Positions 48,246 to 56,945 of a stretch of DNA of 64,000 nucleotides are shown here, piece after piece (the stretch's first letter is position 1; each line of letters begins with the position of its first letter). The notes under the pieces are model-generated. The model worked only from the letters and a program-made list of their open reading frames with translations. It made no database searches and had not been told where the DNA came from. The translations under genes were made by a program, and so were the position numbers. Source of the DNA: Alphaproteobacteria bacterium (lineage in GTDB: Bacteria; Pseudomonadota; Alphaproteobacteria; Micropepsales; Micropepsaceae); the NCBI GenBank assembly GCA_017308375.1, contig JAFKEW010000008.1, positions 2,665 to 66,664 on the forward strand. Reading direction: 5' to 3'.

Positions 48246-48248
48246 ACC

Positions 48249-49100
48249 ATGCTGGCAAGCCTTCTCATCGTATTCCGGGAGGTGATCGAGGCCGGCCTGA
48301 TCGTCGGCATCGTCCTGGCGGCGACGAAGGGCGTGCCGCGCCGCGCGCTGTGGGTCGGTTATGGCATTGCAAGCGGCGTGGCCGGTGCCGTTGCGGTGGC
48401 GGCTTTCGCGGGCGAAATCGCCGGCCTGTTCGCGGGCGCGGGCCAGGAATTGTTCAATGCCGGCATCCTGATATTCGCGGTGGTGATGCTCACCTGGCAC
48501 AATGTCTGGATGGCCGGGCACGGTCAGGCCATCGCGCGTGAGGTGCGCGGCATCGGGGCCGCGGTGGCGGGTGGCGGCCGCCCTCTCGCGGCACTGGCTT
48601 TCGTGGTCGGGGTCGCGGTCCTGCGCGAAGGGGCGGAGGTTGTGCTCTTCCTCTACGGCATCGCCAGCCAGGGCGGCACCTCCGCCGCGGCCATGCTGGC
48701 GGGTGGCACGCTTGGCGTTCTTGCCGGTGCGGCACTGACGGCGGCGATGTATTTCGGCCTTCTGGCCATTCCGGCGCACCGGCTGTTCTCCGTCACCTCC
48801 GGGCTCATCACGCTCCTTGCCGCGGGCATGGCGGCGCAGGCCGTGCTTTACCTGCAGCAGGGCGGCTATCTGCTGATTTTGACGCAGACCCTGTGGGACA
48901 GTTCCTGGCTTCTGCCGGAAAGCGGTCCCGGCTGGCGCGGTCTTCTGGGTCGTCTGCTGCACACGCTGATCGGCTATACGGATGCGCCGAACGGCGCCCA
49001 ATTGCTGGCTTATCTGGGTGTCATCGCGGGCATTGTATTGCTCGCCCGCTGGGAAAAGTCGCGGCGCGAGCATCCGGCCGCTATCACAACTCCGGCTTAG
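48249..49100 (+). CDS. FTR1 family iron permease
   Basis: Two RExxE motifs in TM1 and TM4 (FREVIEAG and LREGAEVV) and seven hydrophobic segments. Confidence 0.9.
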   Translation: MLASLLIVFREVIEAGLIVGIVLAATKGVPRRALWVGYGIASGVAGAVAVAAFAGEIAGLFAGAGQELFNAGILIFAVVMLTWHNVWMAGHGQAIAREVRGIGAAVAGGGRPLAALAFVVGVAVLREGAEVVLFLYGIASQGGTSAAAMLAGGTLGVLAGAALTAAMYFGLLAIPAHRLFSVTSGLITLLAAGMAAQAVLYLQQGGYLLILTQTLWDSSWLLPESGPGWRGLLGRLLHTLIGYTDAPNGAQLLAYLGVIAGIVLLARWEKSRREHPAAITTPA

Positions 49101-49206
49101 CGCCCTGATACGCCCGGCATTTTCAGTACCCTGTCAATAAACATTTACCAATCTTTCCAAGCCATTTTTCATGGTATGCGCTTAACACTCACCCGAAGGA
49201 AAACGG

Positions 49207-49490
49207 GTGGGTTCTGTGAGCACGGGGCATCAGGCGCCATCGCACGAGCATCCTGAAGCGCCGGTGGGGGCGGAGGATACGAATACCGCTGCACTGCCGG
49301 ATGTGCGTTCGGCCATTCTGGCTGCGGCGCGTGCCGTCGCAGCGCGCGATGGCGTGCACGCACTCACCATGCGTTCCGTCGCGGCCGAGGCGGGTATCGC
49401 GCGGCCCGAACTGAACGCGCATTTCGCCAGCAAAGCGGAATTGCTGCTGGCCGCGGCGGCGGAAGACCTCAACTGGTCGGTGTCTTTTCT
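49207..49490 (+). pseudogene. TetR-type HTH domain only (about 90 codons); the reading frame then degenerates while the next frame becomes coding
   Basis: ILAAARAVAARDGVHALTMRSVAAEAGIARPELNAHFASKAELLLAAAAEDL is a TetR_N domain. No ligand-binding domain follows. Beyond about 49480 this frame is Arg/Trp-rich junk. Confidence 0.55.
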
Positions 49491-49607
49491 GAATTGGCTG
49501 GCGTTGCGCCGCGAACGGCTGAGCCGCCACCGGCCTTGGTATCTTCATCACCCCTCACTGCGGATTTGCCGCCCTCCGGAAACGCGCCGGATGCCGCACC
49601 GCTCAAC

Positions 49608-50876
49608 ATGCCGATCACGGAGAAGAAGCGCCGTGATGCCGCTCAGCTCGACGAGATTGTCGATCGTCTGGTGGTGCCGTCTGGCCGGCTGGAAGGGACG
49701 GCCGCTGCGATCAGCCGCCTGGAACGGCGAATGGGCGTATTTGAGCGCGCGCTCGCCGAAATGGAATCCCGTTGCGAAACGGTGGAGCGCATGGGTGAAA
49801 CAGCGCGCGAAGCTGCTGCGGAGAGTGCCTCTGGCGCGGTCGCCCGCGTCGAAACGCTGGACAAGCGGCTGGTTCAGGCCATTGCCGAGATGCGCGCCGA
49901 ACTTCGCGACGTCGCGTTGAAGCTGCCGCCGCCGGCACCGGCAGCAACTCCATCGGCCCCCGTTCCCGAAACCGCACCCGTAGCAGAAAATCCGCCTGCG
50001 GATCATGTTCCGCTTTCAGCGGCCCCGCTTTCCGCCTCCGTGCCATCTCTGCCGCGGCGTCAACGTCCATCCGGATGGCGCAACAGATCTTATCCCATTC
50101 CACGCCGTCACCTGTTCGCGGTTGGTGCCGCCGCCATTCTGGTAATCCTCGCCACCTTTGCCATCGCGCTCGGCGAACATCTCTTCAGTGCCGAGCCAAC
50201 AGTGATTTCACTGGCCTCTGCCAATACGCTGACACCGGCGCGCCCATCCGCAAAAGCACCGCAGGACCGGCTGAGCGCACTCGCCGAAGGCGGCAACGCG
50301 AAAGCGGAGTTGATCACCGGCCTTAAATATCTGAATGGCGATGGTTACGCCAAGGATGCGGCTTCTGCCGCGCGCTGGCTCGAACGCGCCGCCGATAATG
50401 GGGAGCCTATCGCGCAATACCGCCTCGGCGTTCTCTATCAGCGCGGGCAGGGCGTCGCGAAGGATATTCCCCGCGCGCTGGACTGGTATCGCGCCGCCGC
50501 CGCGCAAGGAAATCGCAAGGCGATGCACAATCTGGGTGTTGCCTATGCGCAGGCCCAGGGCGTTCCGCGCGACTTCGCACAGGCCGCGCATTGGTTCGGG
50601 CTTGCCGCCAATCTCGATTATGTGGATTCCCAGTTCAATCTGGCCGTGCTCTACGAACGCGGGCAGGGTGTGCCGCAAAGCCTGACGGAAGCGTACAAAT
50701 GGTACGCCATCGCGGCCGCGAACAACGATCATGGTTCGCTTGCGCGTCTTGCGGTGTTGAAAACACAAATGTCGGCAACGGAACTGGCCGCTGCGCGCCG
50801 CGCCGTGGCGGCGTTTCATCCGGTGCCGATGAATGCGGTCGCCAATCTCTCGCCGGAATCCCGTTCAGACGGTTAG
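49608..50876 (+). CDS. Sel1-repeat protein with cytoplasmic coiled coil, Pro/Ala linker, one TM helix and periplasmic Sel1 repeats (PodJ-like architecture)
   Basis: The coiled coil is LERRMGVFERALAEMESRCETVERM. The TM helix is LFAVGAAAILVILATFAIAL. There are 4-5 Sel1 units (AARWLERAADNGEPIAQYRLGVLYQRGQGV..., ALDWYRAAAAQGNRKAMHNLGVAY...). The frame is open upstream to at least 49494, and ATG 49608 is the first ATG. Confidence 0.8.
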   Translation: MPITEKKRRDAAQLDEIVDRLVVPSGRLEGTAAAISRLERRMGVFERALAEMESRCETVERMGETAREAAAESASGAVARVETLDKRLVQAIAEMRAELRDVALKLPPPAPAATPSAPVPETAPVAENPPADHVPLSAAPLSASVPSLPRRQRPSGWRNRSYPIPRRHLFAVGAAAILVILATFAIALGEHLFSAEPTVISLASANTLTPARPSAKAPQDRLSALAEGGNAKAELITGLKYLNGDGYAKDAASAARWLERAADNGEPIAQYRLGVLYQRGQGVAKDIPRALDWYRAAAAQGNRKAMHNLGVAYAQAQGVPRDFAQAAHWFGLAANLDYVDSQFNLAVLYERGQGVPQSLTEAYKWYAIAAANNDHGSLARLAVLKTQMSATELAAARRAVAAFHPVPMNAVANLSPESRSDG

Positions 50877-50957
50877 AGCGCAATCGGAAAAGTGTGAAAC
50901 GCCGGTGACGCTGCCGCTACCGGCTTCCGATAGATTGCGCGACAAAACAAAGAACTG

Positions 50958-50994
50958 GAGCGAAATCGTGATTCCATCGAATCCGATTTCGCTC
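50958..50994. terminator. long near-perfect hairpin between the convergent Sel1 and aldo/keto reductase genes
   Basis: gagcgaaatcg-t-gattc-catc-gaatc-cgatttcgctc. The 11-bp outer and 5-bp inner stems are separated by a one-base bulge. It overlaps the AKR stop codon. Confidence 0.6.
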
Positions 50995-51932
50995 TAACCC
51001 GCGGTGATGCGGTCGATTTCGGCCAATTCGTCTGAGCTCAAATCCCACCTCGCCGCACGCACGTTCTGGTCGATCTGTTCGGGCCGCGTTGCCCCGGCAA
51101 TCACGCTCGTCACGCTCTGGTGGGAAACAAGCCATGAGAACGCCAATTCCAGCAGCGTGTGCCCGCGCGCCTTGCAGAATGCCGAGAGCGTCTCCACCTT
51201 GTCCCAGTTCGCATCGGTCATGTAGCGGTTCGCGAGCCCGGTCATCACCGCGAAACGCGTATTGCCCGGCGCCGCGGCACCGCGGGTGTATTTCCCGGTC
51301 AGCATGCCGCTCGCCAGCGGGAAATAAGGCAGCAGGCCCATGCCGTATTTTTCCACCGCCGACAGAACGCCCTGTTCAATATCGCGCTTGAGAAGGCTGT
51401 ATTCGTCCTGTGCGGATTCGAATGCGGCAAAACCCTTCGCGGCGGACAGGGCGCGCGCGGCATTCAGTTGCGCCGCGCTCATGTTGGAACAGCCGATGGC
51501 GCGCACTTTCCCCTGCCGCACGAGCAGGTTCAGCGCTTCGAGCGTTTCTTCGATCGGCGTGGTCGGATCGGGTTGATGAAGCTGGTAGAGATCGATCCAG
51601 TCGGTCTTCAATCGTTTCAGGCTGTCTTCAACCGCTTGCAGGATGTAAGTGCGCGATGCACCGGATTTCGTTCCGGCATCGTCCATCTTCATGCCGAACT
51701 TGGTGGCAAGCACGATGTCCTTGCGCCGCGGCCCCAGAATTTCGCCAAGCTGGCGCTCCGATCCGCCGCGATTGCCATAGATGTCGGCGGTGTCGAACAG
51801 GGTGATGCCCTGGTCGATGGCGCGGTCCACAACCCGCCGCGAAGCCGCAACATCCAGCATTCCGAAATTGTTGCAGCCAAGCCCGACGATCGAAACCGTC
51901 AGCTCGCTGTTGCCCAGCTTGCGTGTTTTCAT
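50994..51932 (-). CDS. aldo/keto reductase
   Basis: LGNSELTVSIVGLGCNNFG, FDTADIYG and IGCSNM are present. The start was set at the ATG at 51932, 8 nt after GGAGG. Confidence 0.9.
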   Translation of the reverse strand: MKTRKLGNSELTVSIVGLGCNNFGMLDVAASRRVVDRAIDQGITLFDTADIYGNRGGSERQLGEILGPRRKDIVLATKFGMKMDDAGTKSGASRTYILQAVEDSLKRLKTDWIDLYQLHQPDPTTPIEETLEALNLLVRQGKVRAIGCSNMSAAQLNAARALSAAKGFAAFESAQDEYSLLKRDIEQGVLSAVEKYGMGLLPYFPLASGMLTGKYTRGAAAPGNTRFAVMTGLANRYMTDANWDKVETLSAFCKARGHTLLELAFSWLVSHQSVTSVIAGATRPEQIDQNVRAARWDLSSDELAEIDRITAG

Positions 51933-52020
51933 GGACATGTCCTCCGTCCGCGGCGAAGGAAGAAGCTTGGCATTCCGCGCATGGCAAAACCACCCGCGCG
52001 CCAATGAATGTGGAGGGAAC

Positions 52021-52096
<76 letters not shown>

Positions 52097-52231
52097 CACG
52101 CCGAGGCATGAGGGCGGGACATACAATCAGCAGCGGGGCAGCGCAACCGGCACCCCGGCAACGCGGCTGGGGCGGGACTTGAAAGGCCGGACGGCCCTTG
52201 GCCTCACGATTTCCGCAGTCTCACCGCCCGG

Positions 52232-52942
52232 TCACGGCGCCGGGCTGGCACCGTCCAGTTTGCCAATGGTCATTGGGCTGGTGCTGATGGTGTCCGGCGC
52301 GGTGGCACCCCCGGACAGGACCATGGTCATGGCCTGATCCATGGTGAGGTCGGTTGCGATCAATTGCTCGACCGGCACGATCTCCAGATAACCCGATGTC
52401 GGGATGGGCGCTGTGGGCACATACACCGCGGCCAGAAGCCGGTCTGTCGTCGTATCGCGGAAGGTTCGCATCAGAAACCCGATGGCCAGTGCACCGGGAT
52501 AGGGAAAATTCATCAGCACCACGCGCGATCCCTCGCCGGGCCGCTGTTGCAGGGCGGCGATCGATTGCTTCGTCGCGGAATAAATGGATTGCACCAGCGG
52601 AATGCGCGCGATCAGCCGTTCATAGAAATTGATCAGCCTCAGGCCCACCACCCGCGATGCCACGGCGCCGATGAGGTAAAGCACGAGAAGCACCACCACA
52701 ACGGCGACGGCGGACTGTACAAGCGGGTTGTGCGCCCACGGCGAAAGCACGGGAAAGTGCCGGTCCGCGAACCCGGTCAGCCCGGTGGCGATCGGCAGTC
52801 CTGCCCGGCTCAGCCAGGAAAGCAGGAAATCGAATACGATCCACACCACCACCAGCGGCAGAATGGTCAGAAACCCCGCCAGCAACGTGCCCTGAATGCG
52901 CAGCGGCCTGAGGATCTGCCGCACGATGTTATCTTTGCTCAT
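52232..52942 (-). CDS. DUF502 domain membrane protein
   Basis: Two N-terminal TM helices, then RIPLVQSIYSATKQ and YVPTAPIPTSGYL, which are typical of DUF502. The start was set at the ATG at 52942. Confidence 0.8.
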   Translation of the reverse strand: MSKDNIVRQILRPLRIQGTLLAGFLTILPLVVVWIVFDFLLSWLSRAGLPIATGLTGFADRHFPVLSPWAHNPLVQSAVAVVVVLLVLYLIGAVASRVVGLRLINFYERLIARIPLVQSIYSATKQSIAALQQRPGEGSRVVLMNFPYPGALAIGFLMRTFRDTTTDRLLAAVYVPTAPIPTSGYLEIVPVEQLIATDLTMDQAMTMVLSGGATAPDTISTSPMTIGKLDGASPAP

Positions 52943-53163
52943 GATCAGCCATGTTGCAGTGATCGCGCTGCCCCGTCGACCGGCTTTATGCCTCGCCGCT
53001 ATCCACCACCCCTTGACGCACCTTATATAATGGCTCGGTTTCCTGCGTTGGTTTGAGACCCTGGCCCATAATGGCGGCCTGTGATCGTCGAAGGGCCGGC
53101 CGGAAAACGTCAAACGAAAAATCGTCAAACGAATAGGCCATGGGACGCGAAAATTTCGACAAA

Positions 53164-53217
53164 CGAATAAATGGGGCGAATAAGTGGGGCGAATAGATAG
53201 GGACGAACAGACGGGGG
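53164..53217. repeat. four tandem 13-14-bp units (CGAAYARRYRGGGG) in the 425-bp DUF502 / metG intergenic region
   Basis: cgaataaatgggg / cgaataagtgggg / cgaatagataggga / cgaacagacggggg. Related CAAACGAA(T)A half-units occur at 53111, 53126 and 53160. Confidence 0.7.
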
Positions 53218-53367
53218 AGGAGGATCAAAAAAACGGAAAACAACTCCAGAAGGATTATTCTGCTATATCAATATATTAGATAGGCAGCGTTACGCTGCTT
53301 CGCTCATCGGTCCGGCATCTTCCGCCGGGCCTCCCCCGGTCCCGCTCAAATCGTGTAAACATCATCC

Positions 53368-55077
53368 ATGACCCGTATTCTGATCACCAGCGCCCTGCCT
53401 TACATCAACGGTGTAAAGCACCTGGGCAATCTCGTCGGCTCCCAGCTTCCGGCCGATGTCTTCGCGCGCTTCTGCCGGGCGCGCGGCCTCGAAACGCTTG
53501 CGCTCTGCGCCACCGACGAGCACGGCTCAACCACAGAACTGGCCGCGGCCGAGGCGGGGCAGGACGTTGCTGCCTTCTGCGCCGTCCAGCACGCCCAGCA
53601 GCGGGCGACGGGCGATGCCTTCGGCCTGTCGTGGGATTATTTCGGCCGCTCCTCCAGCCCACAGAACCACGAACTGACCCAGCACTTTGCCCGTCAGCTA
53701 TGGAAGAACGGCTTCCTCGACGTGCGCACCAGCAGGCAGGTTTACTCCAACGCCGACAAGCGCTTCCTGCCGGACCGTTACGTCATCGGCACATGCCCGC
53801 ATTGCGGGTATGATCGCGCCCGCGGCGACCAGTGCGAGAATTGCACCCGTGTGCTCGACCCGGTGGACCTGATTTCGCCGCGCTCCGCCATTTCGGGCTC
53901 TTCGGATATCGAGATCCGGGATTCCACCCACCTGTTTCTGAAACAGTCGGAATTCGTGCCGCGCCTGCGGGAGTGGATCGCGAGCCATGAAGGTGACTGG
54001 CCTGTGCTCGTCACCTCCATCGCCAACAAATGGCTGGATGAGGGGCTGCACGATCGCGGCATCACCCGCGATGTCGAATGGGGCGTGCCGGTGCCGGATG
54101 ACATCGCGGATGGCGCGCTGAAAGGGAAAGTCTTCTACGTCTGGTTCGATGCGCCGATCGAATATATCGGCTGCTCGATGGAATGGGCCGCCTCACGCGA
54201 TACGCCCGATGCGTGGAAAAGCTGGTGGTTCGGTGATGCGGCGAAGGACGTCACCTATTACCAGTTCATGGGGAAGGACAATATCCCGTTCCACACGGTC
54301 GGTTTTCCCGTCACCTTGATGGGCGCGGGCGAGCCGTGGAAGTTTGTCGACCGCCTGAAGGGCTTCAATTACATCAATTACGAAGGCGGGAAGTTCTCCA
54401 CCAGCCAGAAGCGCGGCGTCTTCATGGATGCGGCGCTGGAAATTCTGCCGGCCGATTACTGGCGCTATTATCTGATGGCGAATGCGCCCGAAAGCTCGGA
54501 CAGCAATTTCACCTGGGATCATTTCGCCGGCGTGATCAACAAGGATCTCGCCGATGTATTGGGCAATTTCGTCAACCGCGTGACCAGGTTCTGCGTCTCG
54601 CGTTTTGATGGCAAAGTCCCGGCCGGCGGCACTTATGGCGATGAAGAGCAGGCCCTGATCGCGGAACTGGATCAGCGTGTCAGCGCCTGCGCCGGTTGTT
54701 TTGAAGCGCTGGAGTTTCGCAAGGCTCTGGCCGAATTGCGCGCCATCTGGGTCGCGGGCAATGAGTATCTGACCCGCGCCGCACCGTGGACCGCGATCAA
54801 GACCGATCCTGCCCGTGCCGCGGTGGGGGTTCGCATGGGGCTCAATCTGGTGCATCTGTTCGGGCATCTGGCGTGGCCGGTGATCCCGGAAAGTGCGCGG
54901 CGAATTCATGCTGCCATTCAGCCCGCGCCGGATATCATTCCGTGGCCGAAGGAAGCGATGGCCGGATTTCTGGAGCAATTGACGCCGGGCCAGCCGATCC
55001 ATCCGCCGGAGGTGCTGTTCTCCAAGATCGCGGAAGAACAGATCGCGGAATGGAAGCTGCGCTTTGGCGGATCGTGA
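53368..55077 (+). CDS. metG: methionine--tRNA ligase
   Basis: ITSALPYINGVKHLGN (HIGH-type motif), the CPHCGYDRARGDQCENC zinc knuckle, and KFSTSQ (KMSKS-type motif). Confidence 0.95.
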   Translation: MTRILITSALPYINGVKHLGNLVGSQLPADVFARFCRARGLETLALCATDEHGSTTELAAAEAGQDVAAFCAVQHAQQRATGDAFGLSWDYFGRSSSPQNHELTQHFARQLWKNGFLDVRTSRQVYSNADKRFLPDRYVIGTCPHCGYDRARGDQCENCTRVLDPVDLISPRSAISGSSDIEIRDSTHLFLKQSEFVPRLREWIASHEGDWPVLVTSIANKWLDEGLHDRGITRDVEWGVPVPDDIADGALKGKVFYVWFDAPIEYIGCSMEWAASRDTPDAWKSWWFGDAAKDVTYYQFMGKDNIPFHTVGFPVTLMGAGEPWKFVDRLKGFNYINYEGGKFSTSQKRGVFMDAALEILPADYWRYYLMANAPESSDSNFTWDHFAGVINKDLADVLGNFVNRVTRFCVSRFDGKVPAGGTYGDEEQALIAELDQRVSACAGCFEALEFRKALAELRAIWVAGNEYLTRAAPWTAIKTDPARAAVGVRMGLNLVHLFGHLAWPVIPESARRIHAAIQPAPDIIPWPKEAMAGFLEQLTPGQPIHPPEVLFSKIAEEQIAEWKLRFGGS

Positions 55078-55809
55078 TTACAGCCGGACCCAGCCTTCGC
55101 CGCCGAGCCCTTCCAGCGGTTTGAAGCGGGATTTGTAATCCATCTTGGCGCTGCCACGGACCCAGTAGCCCAGATAGACATAGGGTAGGCCGCGCGCCTT
55201 GGCCTCGCGCACATGGTCCAGGATCATATAGGTGCCAAGGCTGCGCGCGTTCTCGCCGGGGTGGAAGAAGCTGTAGACCATCGAAAGGCCGTCGCGCAGC
55301 ACGTCGGTCAGGGCGCAGCCGACCAGACTGCCGCGTTTGCCGTCCACGCTCGGACGCCGGTACTCGATGATATGGGTGTTGACCGGCGTCTCCTCGACCA
55401 TGGCGACATAGTCGAACAGCCCCATGTCCGACATGCCGCCGCCCGAATGGCGCGAGTCGAGGTAAGTGCGCAGCAAGGCGAACTGCTCCCGCGTGGCTTC
55501 GGCCGGCACCTGCTCGCGGATCAGGTCGTCATTGTGCTTGATGACCCGGCGTTGTGTCCGCGCCTCGCTAAAGGCACTCGCCACGATGCGCACCGAAACA
55601 CAGGCGTTACAGTTCTCGCAGGCCGGGCGGTAGGCGATCATCTGGCTGCGGCGGAAGCCGGAATGGGTCAGGGCTTCGTTCAGCGGCTGCGCCAGCGAGC
55701 CGTTGAGGCGGGCAAACACCTTGCGTTCGATGCGGCCCGGCAGATATGGGCATGGCCCACCTGGTGTCAGGAAAAATTGCGGAACGCGTGTTGTGCGCTG
55801 GTCAGTCAC
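55078..55809 (-). CDS. bpt: arginyltransferase / aspartate-glutamate leucyltransferase (Bpt, ATE family)
   Basis: PCPYLPGR, FRRSQMIAYRPACENCNACVSVR and YVYLGYWV are present. Confidence 0.85.
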   Translation of the reverse strand: MTDQRTTRVPQFFLTPGGPCPYLPGRIERKVFARLNGSLAQPLNEALTHSGFRRSQMIAYRPACENCNACVSVRIVASAFSEARTQRRVIKHNDDLIREQVPAEATREQFALLRTYLDSRHSGGGMSDMGLFDYVAMVEETPVNTHIIEYRRPSVDGKRGSLVGCALTDVLRDGLSMVYSFFHPGENARSLGTYMILDHVREAKARGLPYVYLGYWVRGSAKMDYKSRFKPLEGLGGEGWVRL

Positions 55810-55890
55810 GTCTGTCCACTTGCCACCCTTGCCAGTGGAAATAATGCAGAGCTTGGGGCGGCGGCGCCAGTACCCTTTTGCCGCTTCGCG

Positions 55891-56880
55891 CTACAGGGAA
55901 TGGCCGGGTGGGGCGGGTGGCACTTCCCGCATCAGAACGATGCTCAGCCGCCTGTTGGCACTGGCATCCGGGTCTTCGGGCAGCAACGGCTCCGAACCGG
56001 CCTTGCCCGCGACCTGATAGATTCGATCGCTGCCAAGGCCCGCTTGGGCCAAAATCGCCCGTGCGGCGTTGGCGCGTTCCGCGGAAAGCTCCCAATTGGT
56101 CATGCCATGACCGCCCTGAAACGGCTTCCCATCGGTGTGACCGCTGATCGAAATCCGGTTGGGCAGCCGGGTGATGACTTTGGCGATGGCGTTCAGCAGG
56201 GCCGTCGCCCGTGGCGTCGGATGGTTGGAACCGGCATCGAACATCGGCCGCCCATCCTGGTCGATAAGCTGAATCCTGAGGCCTTCCGGCGTCTCGTCCA
56301 TGATGACCTGTTTGGACAGCGCGGCAATTTCCGGATTGTCCTGCATCGCCTGGCGGATGGATTCGGCGGCACTCTCGAACGCGCCATCCTTGATCGACGG
56401 CACGGCGCGCTCCAGATGGTCCGAGCTTTCTTCCTGCGAGGCGGGCGCAATCCCGATCGCGTTGGTTGCACCGCCTGTGCGATGCGCCTGCTGCTGCGCG
56501 CGGGTGGTATCGTTGGGGGCGGGCGGGCTCGATTTCTGGAATACCGATACGGCGGCGCCGGCACGCGCGCTTTCTTCGCTCAGGACCCGGCCGCCCAGAA
56601 CGCCGCCGGAACCGGAGTAGGTCTGGGAGATGCTCTGGGCCGCGAAATAGTCGGCAATGCCGCGCTTCTGCTCCGGCGTGGTGGTATTGATCAGCCACAT
56701 CAGCAGGAAGAACGCCATCATGGCGGTCACGAAGTCGGCGTAAGCCACCTTCCACGCGCCGCCATGGGCGGCACCGTGGTCGTCCTTCTTGACGCGCTTG
56801 ATGATAATGGCGTTTTCGTTCGCCACGCCGAACCCCATCCTTGACCCAAACCCGGCGGACCGTGATCTTTTCGTTGCCAC
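55891..56880 (-). CDS. motB: flagellar motor stator protein MotB (OmpA-like C-terminal domain)
   Basis: IIIKRVKK...GGAWKVAYADFVTAMMAFFLLMWL contains the plug, the TM helix and the conserved Asp. C-terminal region: ISGHTD...NWELSAERANAAR...NRRLSIVL. ATG 56838 is an alternative start. No motA is adjacent. Confidence 0.85.
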   Translation of the reverse strand: MATKRSRSAGFGSRMGFGVANENAIIIKRVKKDDHGAAHGGAWKVAYADFVTAMMAFFLLMWLINTTTPEQKRGIADYFAAQSISQTYSGSGGVLGGRVLSEESARAGAAVSVFQKSSPPAPNDTTRAQQQAHRTGGATNAIGIAPASQEESSDHLERAVPSIKDGAFESAAESIRQAMQDNPEIAALSKQVIMDETPEGLRIQLIDQDGRPMFDAGSNHPTPRATALLNAIAKVITRLPNRISISGHTDGKPFQGGHGMTNWELSAERANAARAILAQAGLGSDRIYQVAGKAGSEPLLPEDPDASANRRLSIVLMREVPPAPPGHSL

Positions 56881-56915
56881 GGCCTCAACCGATGTAGACC
56901 ATTACAGGGATCGTC

Positions 56916-56930
56916 TTAAGCAAGCGTTAG
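56916..56930. promoter_or_regulatory. near-consensus CtrA-type box TTAA-N7-TTAG in the motB / flavin reductase divergent region
   Basis: Read directly: tcTTAAgcaagcgTTAGca. Confidence 0.3.
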
Positions 56931-56945
56931 CAATCAGGACCTTCG

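Noticed and set aside
53013-53031. TTGACG ... TATAAT pair that looks like a sigma-70 promoter.
   Set aside because: The spacer is only 7 nt, not about 17, so it cannot function as a -35/-10 pair.
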